NCBI GenBank assembly: GCA_043228905.1
Contig: JBHGNT010000009.1
Coordinates: forward strand, 1,674,001 to 1,738,000
DNA: 64,000 nucleotides
DNA from: Azolla caroliniana
Taxonomy: Eukaryota; Plantae; Polypodiophyta
Direction of reading: 5' to 3'
Numbering within the stretch: position 1 is the first letter of the stretch; every line of letters starts with the position of its first letter. The notes under the pieces are model-generated. The model worked only from the letters and a program-made list of their open reading frames with translations. It was not told the origin of the DNA and made no database searches. Below, piece after piece: positions 48,601 through 62,595 of the stretch. The position numbers and the translations under genes were made by a program.

Positions 48601-51370
48601 AACCATATAGATGAACACGCGTTTTTATAAAGTTAAAGGATGGTACTAGATGTACCGATGTCTGGTCAATGTGAAACCATCCATAACTTGTGGCCATCAT
48701 TTAAACCTCAATGAATGCATGGGCAGCAAAATACTATATGCATGTATGTATATATATGATGTCTTTTCCTTCAAAATGAAATGAGTGGCTTGTATTTAAA
48801 GATGTTCTTATTTTACAAATAAATGAAAAAGGGAAAACAATTTAATTACATAGAACTTCAAATCTACCCACACACCCTTTTGGTTTTTCAAATTACCATT
48901 ATACCCCTTGCTTTTTAAAAATTACCGTTCTATCCTTGGTCAATGTTGAGGCCCTCGTCACATCAAATTTAGGCATAAGCACACCAATCAACCTTCATTA
49001 ATGAGGTTGTGAGAATATAGGTCACGAATTAAGAAATTGACACCGCAATATTGATGTATCACTCGCCCTTAAATTTAAACTTCAAGATGTTTTGATTATG
49101 AAGCTGACAAGTTTAATCAGGGAAATTACGTTTATTCTTCTATTTTAAGACATCACAATTGATTAATTATTCAATTAAGTAATGTTTTCAATAAAACACC
49201 AATTCATTTGTGACATGTTGCTTTCTCAAGCGAAATGTGTGGCATTTTGGCAAGTAGAAAAACAAATACACATCAAAACGAGAAATACTTCGAAAACATT
49301 TACTAATTTATTAGATATTTGTAGATTTATCCCTTGTTTCAGCGCAAGACAAGATTGAAAACTCAAGCATTAAAATCTAGTGAGGACGAATGTATATGTA
49401 GAATCACATATTAATTGCACCTTCTTGCCTAGTGTCTTATCTTGTTGGTACTATCACATTTTCCGATTCCCCCACAAGTTCTCACTGTTGAATTATGTTT
49501 TTGAAAATGTCATTTAGTAACAATGGCTTCAAGATGTGATAGACAATTTGACTACCCTCTTGTTACATAATGATCTTTTTAAAAGTCTTAAGAGTACATC
49601 CATCTAATTGTTTATGATTTAACTCCGTCGTGCCTTGTTCAAACATACGTCAAAGTCGGGTATCAAATATTGAGCATACTGCATGTAGACAAAATATCCC
49701 ATGTGCATGGTCCCAAAAGAATGGTTGGATGATGAACAAAACTTCCCATTTCATATTGTTCATATGACACGTGGATTCTTGATATTGTGTGAATACTCCA
49801 AAAGCATGAATGGTTTAACTAACAAGTTTGTGTTGTATAATGGGGTGCCTTTTCTTTTCAAGTGGCTAGCTCGTGTTGTTGGCCCACAATACAAAATGCT
49901 TGGCATTGTTTGCATGTCCTTGAGAATTTTAGACCACAAAATGTAGAGATTGATAAATTGCCTATGTTTCAACAATGTTTACCATGGTTGTCCGATTTGA
50001 TGTAAATATCTTCTTTATTTGTAGCCTATGAAAAGGTTGAACATAGGTATACCAAACGTTGAAAGTAATAATTTGCACTCAAACAATCTTCTCGCATTTA
50101 TTGAAATGGCATATGGAGATGAAGTTGGTACTTCTTGCTTTGAGAAAAGGGAAGTTATTTCGGAGCAAGTTTGTCAGGAGTTGAGACCTCGAAGATCGAC
50201 TCTCAAAAAGTTTAAAACTGGAGAGGCAAATGACATGAAAACTCATTATCTAGGAAGACATTGATACATCCATGGTCATCAATTACCTACCATGTTCGAC
50301 ATGGCGGGAATTTGTCATCCAATAATGATCATGAACGTCCATCCCCACGTTAATGGTCAGAAACATCTATCCCATGTTCATTGTACATCATTTTAAGTCA
50401 CCAGCTGGTGATGACCCACACAAATACCACATGCGATGTAAGTCATCATTACATGAAATTAATTAGATAAGTCCATTTGATGACTTCATAAAATGGAAAG
50501 ACCACATGGGTTGTAAGCTACCATCCCTAGATAGCTTTTTAGATGGCAATGACAAAATGTACCTTCTTTTAATCAATATAGGTCTTGCACCCCAATGCAA
50601 TCTGGAGTCATTTGCTTTATGTTAATTGCATAAGTCTGTACTCAAAGCTTCATAAAGAACTTGTATAAATGAATACATCGGCTAATGTTTTTGTTTCGAA
50701 ACTTTTCTTGAGACATTGTTATTACTTTCTCATAACCTTGTTTGATCGACGTCAATGATTATTCAAACATGCTAATTGAAATCTTGAAGGGTTTCTTTTA
50801 GCAAACCTTCATTACCTTGTCTCAACTCCCATGGATCATGATAGAGATTACTCTCTTGAAATTTTTTGGTGTTGTCTTTGTTGTTTATATCAAAAGTCAT
50901 AAGTTAAGGCTCCAAACTTGATGTTGCCACTAAAGTTGACTTTATCCAAGAGTTGGTACATTGTAAATTCGTATAAATGTGTTGCTTTCATATATGTAGC
51001 AATGCCATAGTTTTTTTTGTTTTATGCTAACATAAACATGGTCATAAAAGCAAGTTGATATTAGAATGCTTTGTCCATGAGGTTACCATTTCATATATGA
51101 CCTTACTGCATGAGTTAACCCCAAGTATCCGAAAAAATTACAATTAACTTGCAAAACAATTCTGTCTTTTCAAAATGCTAGTTATTTCTTGTTAATATTA
51201 AGCCTCAATAGAATTACTAATACACTTCAAATGGTTATCTTTGTTATCATTGTATCATATTCAAGGGGTCTTTTCCCACATTGCATTTAGGAAACCAATG
51301 ACAATTTTGGTTACACAAAGAGTTTGGTTGTAACTTGTGGGGTGTGCATAGTTCAAAAGTCTGTCTTGTC

Positions 51371-51421
<51 letters not shown>

Positions 51422-52845
51422 AAAAACCACCTCTCATGTACTTCAGAGATTGGAGTATCGATAATCGGGCCATGGGCCATAGATGAGAGTTATACTAGAA
51501 TGAACTTTGTAGATGAGTGACTATTGTTATTTTGAACAAGTAAATGAGCAAAGGTTTGTCACATAACACAAATTTACTCCACTTTGTGAGGAACATGTTT
51601 CTCAAATGGGGACTTTGTCAATCGACTAGGTTAATGCATTGTAATTATGGAACAAAGCCATCTAATTAGTATGAAAACTTATTTGTTAGTTTTAGTCATG
51701 CATATTGTCTAAATAAAAATCTCAAATAATGCACCATGCCACATTCCATTCTTGGTTTATGGTCGATGTTTACTACTGCTGGACATAATTGAAAAGGCGT
51801 AGTTGGTATGCTAGTATGCTTCACGTGTATCAATCCCGTACTATCAAACTATGAAATTTTTTCTTACCTTGAAAGAATTTTTATTGTGAGGATTTGCAAC
51901 ACAATAACTCTACGTGTGACGAAGAGAGTCTAAATTCATCAATTAGTTGAAATGTGCACGAAGGTTTTTTTTCATAAAGGGTAGGTTGATAAAGCATGAG
52001 AAATCATATGAATCATTGATGTAGTCACTTTAATCACATGTTATCTATGTTTTGGTAGACAAAAGCAAAAAATAAGCTTTTATATGACAATTCGACCAGA
52101 TAAACAACCTAGAATATAGACATTTTAATCCTTGTTAGAAGCACACAAAAATTGTAATTCATCATGCAATATTTCTTTCAACTAATCAATCTCATAGAAC
52201 GTGTAGAATTAATCATAGATGAGTTGGAGTAAGTGAGGAATTGATTGTAGATGGTTCAAAAAACAATAAAAAATGAAATGCGAATAGATGGTTCCTTGAG
52301 AACCTTTGTTATGGTTTGCTCGTACAAACTCACAATGTAAGCAAGAAGCTCGACAATTGCTCATCTTAGTTCCAATAAAGCATAGAGAAGAGAATAAAGG
52401 TGGATAATGTTCACAACAATGGGTACTTTCACACTAGCAAATCACATAATTTGAATGTGGACTATTAAGTTCACATTTCAAAATTATCCACATCATCACA
52501 CGTTTTGGATCAGCCTTCAACCACACCATTTTGTGCCGAGAGGAGACCCTTAATCCAAACACCCTTCTACATGGAAAGCATAACACTTGTTTTTGTTGGT
52601 GGGTTATGTAGAGAATGAGCACACACATAAACATGTTAAAAAGTAAAGAGATGCAAGAAAGGATACAAAATTGTTGAAACAAGTGATGCTAACCCCACTA
52701 TTGTAGTGCACAGTCTAACGTAAGGAAAAAACTGTAGACATTTTTCCATGCCCAAATTCCCTCATCTTTTTCCATACACTCTTAGCCTTTAGGTATGGGA
52801 GGAACCTAGAGCCCAATTCCTTGATGGTTTCAATGGGGTATAAAG

Positions 52846-53170
52846 ATGAGTAGGAAATTTGTTTGTTTTCGATGGTTGTTGGTTCATAAAGCTATACCAG
52901 TTAATGGGTGGCGAAAAGGAAATGTAGACAATATGTGCTATGGACATATGGAAACGAATCATAAAACTATTAACTCCAGTATATCCCAGAGCAGTGTATA
53001 CAGGGGGTGCAATATTATGGGCGGTGGTACATGATAAACCTATGTTATTTGAACCACAGGAGGTTGTAGATGCTATTGTGATGAGACATGGTTTGATGGG
53101 AAAAAATTTGATCCCTTTGACAGTTTCACTACATTATTCAATATGGCGAGTAAGGCAATATAGCTGCTAG
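52846..53170 (+). mobile_element. LINE 3' (zf-RVT region) remnant
   Basis: FRWLLVHKAIPVNGWR..CY resembles the W-L-H-LP motif preceding the LINE zinc knuckle and resembles the fragment at 63.0-63.5 kb. Confidence 0.5.
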
Positions 53171-54477
53171 CTAGGTGTAGTACGTTGGTCCCTCCCTCTC
53201 GTCTTTGAGGTCAACTTGGTTGTGTACATTGATTCTACCTACATTGTCTAACAGAAATGATGTTATGAAGGTGAGGCACCCACATGCATAGCCAAGTGAA
53301 TCTGTTGTTAGTCCTCCACCTCCCTACATTCTTTTATGATATGACAGGTACATGAACCTAGTTGGATATGTGTTGGATTATCCACATGTCAAGATGTTTC
53401 GTTACATTGCCCCTCCCCCCATGTAGCAGCAATGCTCTAGTTTGTTTACACGAACTCGTATTGACCCGATTCACACTTGGAGCCTAGACGAGAAGGAGAG
53501 CTCACGTGACTTAACTTAAATGAGGTCATATCATGGGGGGGTTGGCAAGCCTCTTGTTCGGGGGAGCAAAAAAACTTGACAAAGTTATCAGAAGCATGCA
53601 ACAGGAGAGAATGCATTGATTGTTGGATTTTAGTTGGAAGATATCAGACAAGTGATTAGCATTCACTCACCTGAGCGTTTTTCGAGTGTTCTGCTCGGGC
53701 AACAGATCGATCGGGTTCACGTATGATGGGGATGGGACAGAACAGGACAAGCGTTTTCCCGTCCGCATGATCCTTGGCCCTCTCCGGACAAAAGGATGGG
53801 CGGGGGGGGGGGGGGGGGGGGGGCGCGGATTGGATTGGAAGAATCACGATCCAGAGACTCTTGAAGGTGATTTATTATAAGAGCAGGATATGGCTCCTCT
53901 TTATCTACCCATTTCCTAAATATATTAAATATGTAATCAAATAATAGTGTATTTAAATATGCATTTTGTGTGACACTCATAAAAGCAAAAGCAAAAGCTT
54001 AAGGAGGCAGTTACATGGCAGTTAAGTGGGAGCAAAAAGCAAAAAAGCAAAAAAGCAAAAAGCAAAAAGCAAAAAGAACAGAGCCCCCCCATGTACATGC
54101 TTACACACACAGTCTCTCTCTCTCTACTCTTCTTCTTCTTCTTCTTCTTCTTCTTCTTCACTGATCCTCACACAGACAGAGGAAACAGGTTTTCCATCGC
54201 CATCACCATCACACCAATCTCTCTCTCTCTCTCTCTCTCTTAGCAGTACAGCATTTAATAGCCTCTCTGCTTTTTAGGTGGTTCTCTCTCTCTTTCTGTT
54301 TTTTTCTGCTCCATTGCTTTTGCTTCCATCCTTTCTTCTCCTTCATTAATCTTCCTTAATCCTTGTTGTTCTACTTACTTCTTCTATCTTCTGCTTCTTC
54401 CCCATCCTTCTTCTTCTTCTTCTTCTTCTTCTTCTTCTTTTGTTCCTGTTACCGTCGCTGCTTCTTGAAGTGAATCC

Positions 54478-56689
54478 ATGGATTCTTCTTCTTCTTCTTC
54501 TTCTTCCTGCTACTCTTTTCTTCTTCTTCTTCTTCTTCTAGCTCTCCATTTGTTTTCTTCTTCTCTGTTTACTGTTTGTGACGCTGCAGCGATGGACTGG
54601 ATGCCTGCGACGGCCACTGCATATGGTGATAGCTTCGGCACTACCAATGGTAACCTTCAGTAGCCATCCGATCTCTCTCTTTCTCTCTCTCTCTCTCCAT
54701 GCATGTTTTCTTCATCCCTCTATCTGAACTTGCTCGAAAGTTAGGGTTTTCCACTCTCTGTTTTCAACTGTCGCCCGCAACTTGAGTTTATGCCCAAATG
54801 TATGTTTTCTACGGTCACCATTTCTTTGTCAGACATAGCTAGGTATTCTCTTTTCGTTTTCAGCCATGTAAAAGTGTTAACATTTCATAACCATCCATCT
54901 CTTGAGTTACATCTTCTCTTTAGGGTTACCATTTGTATATTATTTAGAGTTACGCTCTTTATACTCAGACAAGTTTTTAGGACCAGATGCACAGGATCAT
55001 ATTCTACATACTTTGAGCTTAGAAACAGCTTCGGTTTCGTTCTGTGCGAGGACAATGTCGAAATGTTGTAGAGATGGCTATGTCTTCTCGCTCTAATGCA
55101 TAACTGGTGTTTACTGTTTTTTTGTGATTCCACCGTTCAAATGTTTCATGAGCAGGCATGGTTATTAGGGTTTAGATTTCACGAGTAGTTGTAATTTATT
55201 TTAATGATGAATAACAAGGTATAAACATTTCCAGATCCTAGTTTGCTTCTGCAACTGCATTTCTTCTTCCAATTCGTTTTTTTCTTTTCTAGATTTCGAG
55301 TATGTTTTAGGGTTAGCATATTAGTGCGAACCAAGCTTGGGAATGGCTATGGTAAATTCTTTTCCCTTTGCAGAAGAAGCAAGTGCTATGAAGCTCACAA
55401 TGTTTTTTCTCTTCCTCTTGTAATTTTCATCGAACCTAGCTGGAGCTTGCGGGTTCGGGACGCTATACAACAATGGCTATGGACAGAATACAGCAGCAAT
55501 TAGTGGAGCTTTGTTCCAGGAAGGGAAGGGATGCGGTAGCTGTTTCGAGGTTATGTGTGATCATGAAAGTAGCTATGGCCATCTCTGTCTCAATCCTCGT
55601 GGGAAGACTGTTGTCGTCACAGCCACAAATTACTGCCCTGCCTCTCGGATCGGGTGGTGCAATGCTCCCAACAAGCACTTCGACATTGCTGAGGTTGCTT
55701 TCTCCCAAATCTCCGAATACTCTGCTCAACCTGTTCCTGTACTGTATAAGAGGTATGTGGTATACTTAGAGAGAGGTAATTTGTTTGAGAGAGACAGAGA
55801 ACTGTGTGGAAATGGTAACCCTAATTCTGAGCCTCCGTTGTTTAGAGACTGTGAAGTGAGTGTATCAATCGAATGAAAACAGCCGACTGTCTCATTGATA
55901 CAGAAATCTAGTTTAAGAGTTAAAATTATGAGCAGGCATCGCAACGCTATAAGAAGAGAAGATTATTAGAACTTGAGCTGTGGTGGTTAAGATCAACGAT
56001 GATAATGAAAGGAAGGATTAAGATTAGCGAAACGGCTTGGATTAGATCCAAGAATTTGAACTCTTGATATGCCATATCCCAAAGAGAGGCAGAGAAAAGG
56101 ATTGCCCCACAAGAGAGAGAGATACACACACACTCACTCACTCACTCACACTCTTGATATGCCATATCCTAAAGAGAGGCAGAGAAAAGGATTGTATCAG
56201 AAGAGAGAGAGGCACACACACACTCTCTATCTCTTGATATGCCATATCCTAAAGGGAAGCAGAGAAAAGGATTGGATCAGAAGAGAGAGAGAGAGAGACA
56301 CACACACACACACTCACACAAAAACAAACAAACAAAATGACTTATTTTTAAGATTCTTGTTATGGTTTTGCTACCACAGTGTGGCTTGTACCAGAGAAGG
56401 AGGGATGCAATTCACAATCAATGGAAACTCGCAATACAACATGGTGTTGCTGACGAATGTAGGGGGAACAGGATCGGTGAAAGGAGTGTATGTGAAAGGA
56501 TCGAAGACCCCCGATTGGATGCCATTGTTGCGAGTGTGGGGATCCAACTGGAGGACCACCGAAGACCTCCGCGGGCAAAGCTTGTCTTTCCGTGTCGTCA
56601 TGAGTGATGGCAGTGTCGTGGTCTCCAATGATGTTGCTCCTGCTACATGGAAGCTCGGCGAGACCTTTCATGGTCTCCAAGCTCCTTGA
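54478..56689 (+). CDS. EXPA: Alpha-expansin, about 264 aa, 3 exons: 54478-54649, 55440-55752, 56380-56689
   Basis: Signal peptide, W..ATATAYG, GACGFG.LY..GYG.NTAAIS.ALF..G.GCGSCFEV.C, VVVTATNYCP, GWCN.P..HFD, and a C-terminal domain (GGMQFTING..VLLTNVGG.G..W..WGSNW..GQSLSFRV..VAP..W..G.TF). Introns are at the conserved EXPA positions; 795 nt in frame. Confidence 0.95.
56060..56320. repeat. 3 x about 85-90 bp tandem repeat in expansin intron 2
   Basis: ctcttgatatgccatatcc.aaag.ga.gcagagaaaaggattg followed by (GA)n(CA)n occurs three times. Confidence 0.9.
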
Positions 56690-59600
56690 ATCCTCTCGGT
56701 CTTAGAAGCTTAAAAAGAAAGCAAGAAAGCAAGAAACCAGAATTCCATCCTAGTTCCTCTTTCTTCCTTGTTTTCTGAATCTGTTTTGTTTGTTTGGTTG
56801 GTTTTGTGTGTTTCTTCATGTATGTTTGTTCGCTTCCATGGCATCCGAGCTCCTTGGTTTTCTGTTTTTTTGTGTGTTATTTTTGAACTGAATCCCAACA
56901 TCTCTTTTCTTTCTCATATTTCCATGATTACTTGATTGTTTTGTGTGTGTGTGTGTGTATGCATGTTTGCTATGGCATCTAAGCTCCCTCATTTTCATGT
57001 CTTTTTATTATAAACACAACTCCATTATAACACCACCACTTTCTTCACCATTTGCATGTCTGATTTGTTCCAGTGCGTGATTGTGTTATCGGATTTCCTT
57101 GTATTGTTCCTTCATTTCTGTTTCATTCCATTGCATCAGGGCCTTTTGATTTCTTCTTTTTTTCAAAACTCCTCTATAATGCCCATCTCCAACTACTATG
57201 TTACCTCATTTGCATTCTGTTTTGTGATTGTTTTTCCTTGTTGCCCTCCATAGGTTCTGGAGAGAGCTAATCATATGATTTCATCTCATCTAAGATTCTA
57301 CCCTTTGCCCTTCTCCCTGCTTTTCTTTTTCATTTTGTGTTTTTTTTCATGTTGCCCTCCACCATATACACATGCTGGAGAGAGCTAATTCCCATCATTT
57401 TCCTCCCATACATCTGTGAGACACCAATCTCTCCCCATCTCCCATCTATATATTAATCTTGTACTCTTCTAAGACCCAAAATGCCTTATTTTCTACTCAG
57501 ATGATTATATGCTATGTAATTGAGTGATTGGATGTTTGTTCAATCATATGGATGAGCAAAGATCAACTTTTCATCAAACAATTCCCTCAATTGATCTTTT
57601 GAATGAAGTACAAGGATTTGAACTAGTCGGTGCAATTGGTAAATACAAGGAGTATTGCAATAAAATCCCTCAATAGATCTTTTGTCTTGTGAACAGCTTT
57701 TGTTTTCCTAGGTCTAGTATGTGATACAACTAGGAACTAAACACTATTAGTTGTCAATATTGTTGTCGTCACAATGTTGATCCTTTCCTTGAGTTCATTC
57801 CTTTGAGACTTTGGTACTTAATAGAAACTAGTGGAAGCATGAGGTGGTGGCAAATATCTCTTGTATAAAGGGCGTTTCATGTAGTACATAGGTGAAGATT
57901 GCACCATAGTTGGCAAAGAGCTCACCAAGTGCATGGGCAAGGCTAGTCTACTACTTTGGCGGATGCCTATCCCATCCTTGAACCTCATTGAAGGAATGCA
58001 ATGTCTTGCTTCGTTGTAATATTACACACTCAATAGAAGTCTTCGATGTTAGAATACCCCTATTTCGAAGCTATTAGAGGGCGAATGAAAAGACATTACC
58101 ACCCACCTAACATACAAAGTGTGACATCGATTGTGTTAGAAGGACTTCCCACCACTAGACAACAATGCATTCAACATAAGAATATGGTACAAGTACACTA
58201 AATACATAGAAGTTGAAGTTTGGAACCCTAGCAAAATAAATCCATATTCTATAGTAAGCCCATCTCACATGATGTTGTACAAATGCATTGATTATTTTAT
58301 AAAAAGGTTGAGCTTGACGAGTCATTGTTGATACCAGTTTGCATAACTCCATACGTCATAATTGCATAAAAGGATTCAAGTTTAGCACAAGCACATATTA
58401 ATCACTACTATCATTATTGATTCATACAATTGTCATATACTCATTGAGGTTTAAAAGGAGTATTTTACATCACAAAGGTACCAATTTGTTATTTGCAACT
58501 GATTAACAAAGACCTATGAAAAACAATTGTGGTCATCACAATATATCCTCAAGCAGTATATACGTGGGGGGTAGTATTATAGCCAGTGGTACTTGGGCAA
58601 GCAATGTTGTATGAAAAGGAGGATGTTGCAGGTGTAAAAAAACAAATATAAACTTGAAACCAAAAATAGTGATTGACAATTCGAATTTTGAAGTATGGCA
58701 ATTGGTAAGTAGTAGGAAAATCTGGTATATTTGGAAGGCAATGTGCTAGACAGTATTCCAAAATGTGACAGAAAGGCTAGTTTAGAAAGAAATGAAAGAA
58801 AGAAAGATATATTAACGTCTTCACAAATTTGAACAAACATTGGGCATAATCTAAGAGGTTGTTTGGGTAATATAAAAGGTGACACTCAACATGGAGAATT
58901 GCAATGATTGAAGTTTCATGCCATATGGAACAAAGGTATATTTTTTAGATGGTTGTTTATAAGGTGGAGTGGTTCTACTGTACGCTAAAATATTCATTTA
59001 AGTCAATTGCTAGAACTTTAAAAATGGGGAGGTACTGAAGATTTATGTAAGAAAAACAATTGTGGTCATCGCTAGGGAATCTCCGTTATCTATTAATTGA
59101 AGTAATACCCTTCAAATATTTGGTTTAGAAAATGATTCCATTTCCAAGAATGACTAATTTTTGCGATTATGGCAATGTCATCATCTCCCCATATAACTTG
59201 TATAAGGGATATAATTTGTCATGTTTTTCACTTTGCATTGACTTTGGTCCACAAACCTTCGTGGAAGAAAAACATGACTAAGTAATTTCATACAAAAGTT
59301 TGATCTTAAAGATGAGACATCATATTGTAAAATATCATTTAGTCATGCATCATTATAAGCATGCTAAGTATTCTAGCTCGTGCCAATTACTTAAACATTG
59401 GCCAACATTCAAGAATTGATAAGTTATTCTACATTTGGAGGGGAGTTACGTTATTCAACATGTATAGTAAGAGTGCTTAAAGATGTGGAACATATTCTTG
59501 AAGAATGTCATGACACGCCAGTGTGGCTAAATATATATCCTTGTAAATAGAGACTAAGTTGTTCACGAGTATGTGGTTTAGAACAAGAATGATATGCTAA

Positions 59601-60399
59601 AAGGCTTCAAAAGTGTGAATTAGCGAACTGAAGAAAGTGGAGTTTTGACGAATATTCGTAAACAATACATCAATAGAAAGAAAGAAAAAACTAAGATTAT
59701 GTGGTCCATAATATAGAATTTAGTGCAAACCACCCGGATAGTTTATAAATATATTTCGTTTTTATTTTTTTTGTTGGAGTCCTAGATATGAATAGCCTAT
59801 TTAAATGCATACACATTCTTTGAGGTGTTATGGCTCTAAAATGTATTCCATTTGAAGATTAGTTGAATTGAACGTTTTTATATGAATTGAAGAAACATCT
59901 TAAATGAAGAAACTTAATTCATATAAAAAAGGAAAGCAAACATAAGTAACTAATAATGCAAGCAATTCAAAGTGTTGTTGTTTTAAGTTAACACTAGTCT
60001 AGTATGTAATTCAAACTACACAATGTAGATCCACAATAACCTTGCATATCTCATTTCTTCTATAAATATCAAAATACAACCTCTTTATATACATATAATT
60101 CTTGCTAATTGATTAACACTAAATTACATGCGCAAGGACATTAGTAGGAAATAGCAATTCTAGCCAAGCATTTGGATGGAATGTCAGAAAGTACGTCTAA
60201 AATCCCCAAAATATGCAAATTTTGGATATCCTCAAAAAATTTGTATGGTGCCAATATTTTTTGAGTGCTTTCAAACCTCTAATAGAATTTTCAATGATTC
60301 TCGTGTGGTGCCAATTACAATACTCTTCCAACCGTTTCAAAATTTTTGACTCTTAAGGAATGATGACATGGCATAAGAAACATTGATAAGTATATTATA

Positions 60400-60720
60400 T
60401 CATATGATGTTGTCAAGCTTCAACGATATGACTTGCCACCAATGGCAATAACCCATTTAGGTTAATGTCTATTGATTGGTTTGCATGGTCCTTAGTGCTA
60501 GTAAACTATGATAATCCACCTTGGTTATCATTTAACAAAGTCCATTTTTTTTCATCGATATTAGGGAAGCATAAAGTAAAAACAACATGAATATGTGGTT
60601 GGAGTCCTTGATAGATGAATTGGAGAGGGTTTAGCAAGATATTGATATGCCAGGTTTTTCAAAACAAGCTATTTATAGGAATGTTAAAGTGTGAGGGATG
60701 TTAATGTTAGCAGTGATACA
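60400..60720 (+). mobile_element. Highly degenerate CACTA (En/Spm) TnpD/Tnp2 transposase remnant
   Basis: Reads ..ILGKHKVK/NMNMWLESLIDELERV, resembling the conserved IPGP..P..IDVYL.PLIDEL motif. Confidence 0.45.
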
Positions 60721-61058
60721 TTCTTCTCAATACTTTGTATAAACTTTTTTTATGAATACAAATCGTGGCAAATCAATACATCATGTTTTTTTTCCCAAAA
60801 AAGAATATACTCCATTAGTTAAAATATACACAAACTCAATCCCTTTCTCGAGTAGGCCTTGCCAAGACTATCCTATCCTACATAAGAGATCTCGCTTATT
60901 TATCTTACACTTTCACATATGTCTCTAGCCATCCTTTCATACACTTCACCTACATTCACTATCTCACATGCCATGTCTTTCACGCCCCTCGTTCAACTAA
61001 TGGGAGGGGGGAACAACCATCTGGGCACTTCATACTACCATAGTATATCCATTCCATT

Positions 61059-62595
61059 TGTTACGGCCATCGGTGTCGCGAAGTTTCGCGCGTGTGTATT
61101 ACTTGGGCGGGATCACGAGGGTCTTGGACTAGGGAGTACTCAAGGGATAGAGAAGACCCGAGGTTTGCTTTACGACAATACTACTTCCCAACCCCTTCCC
61201 GAGCAAGGGCTCGTTGCCCCTTTTGTGAGGCCGGTGGCTTTTGTTGATCACGATTAGTCGAGTTTTCGAGATCACCGCACAAGCCAGTGATCAAACAGGT
61301 ACAAGCAAAGATGATCACACAAGGGGACGATAACACAAACATGAATGCACATACATCTTTATGAGGATGAGAGGTGCATGGGCACGCCCGAACACTCCCT
61401 TGTCACAAGACGTCGAATGTATGAGGAAGACACAAAACACACGCACAAATGCTCGTATGCGTTTATGAGGAGAGGTGCATGGGCACACTCGAAACGCTCC
61501 CTCCTCACAAGACGGCCAAACGTACAAGGAAGACACAAATATTACACACACAAAATGCGCGTACACCTTTATGAGGAGGAGAGGTGCATGGGTATGTCCG
61601 AAACACTCCTTCGCCACAAGACGACTAAATGTACAAAACATAAACACACACACAAAATGCTCGCACACCTTTATGAGGAGGAGAGGTGCATGGGTACGTC
61701 CGAAACACTCCTTCGCCACAAGATGACTAAATGTACAAAACACAAACACACGCACAAAATGCTCGTACGCCTTTATGAGGAGGAGAGGTGCATGGGCAAG
61801 CCCGAATGCTCCCTCGTCACAAGACGACCGAACGTACAAGGAAGACACAAACACATGCACAAAATGCTCGTACACCTTTATGAGGAGGAGAGGTGCATGG
61901 GCACACCCGAAACGCTCCCTCGTCACAAGATAGCCGAACGTACAAGGAAGACTGTCACAAACACACACACAAAATGCTCGTACGCCTTTATGAGGAGGAG
62001 AGGTGCATGGGCAAGCCCGAACGCTCCCTCGTGACAAGATGACCGAACGTAGAAGTGGTCGAGAACAAAGAAAGAAAGAAAGAAAGAAAGAAACACAAAT
62101 GATATTGGCCAAAGAAATAAATACGTGTTCGATTCCAACGCAAGAGGACCGTTTATAAAATAGGGTTTGATTATAATGACAACTTCTAGTTAACCACGAG
62201 CTCAATCAAAACATAAATACTAAATGCCCTTACAGACAAGAGCAAATCCGAACACGATGAAGATGAACACACGAGCACCACCAAAATGCCAACCCCAACG
62301 AACCACGACCATTCGAATGGCGAGCACACGGGCTCGCAACGTCGAACCAACAAAGCTTGTACTCACGAGCACTTCGAGTGCCAACACAAAGAAGACGAGC
62401 ACGTGGCGATGAGGGGATGAAGGGGTATGAGATGAAAAGAAGTGGTGAAGATGAAGATGAAGAGCTCCAAAAGAAAAATGGTGATAGTCTCCTCCTCCCA
62501 AAAACACCCTCCTCAAATGAGCCCCCCTCGATCTCCTTTTATAGGAAAAAAGAAGGGGGGTCGCCATTTTTGTCTTCAATGCAAAAGGAATAACA
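61059..62595. mobile_element. Candidate solo LTR (TGTTA...TAACA, 1537 bp) with an internal tandem array
   Basis: 5-bp terminal inverted TG..CA ends, GC-richer than the flanks, and motifs shared with the LTR-like block at 9.9-10.5 kb. No clear target-site duplication. Confidence 0.55.
61335..62050. repeat. Tandem array of about 7 units of 102-110 bp
   Basis: tttatgaggaggagaggtgcatggg core at about 61361, 61465, 61571, 61673, 61775, 61880 and 61990. Confidence 0.93.

Noticed and set aside
46000-52800. Scattered short ORFs in the long AT-rich interval
   Set aside because: No coherent exon chain or recognisable domain; probably heavily decayed transposon DNA that I cannot classify.
54026-54277. 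Lys-rich, histone-like ORF MGAKSKKAKKQKAKSKK
   Set aside because: It is a translation of (AGCAAAA)n and CT microsatellites in the expansin upstream region.
56069-56379. N-terminal half of the 206-aa ORF (MPYPKERQRKG repeats)
   Set aside because: This is an intronic tandem repeat; expansin exon 3 starts at the CAG acceptor before 56380.
61315-62205. 296-aa and 229-aa ORFs as real genes
   Set aside because: They arise from a tandem repeat with mostly triplet unit length, with no domain signature or gene structure.
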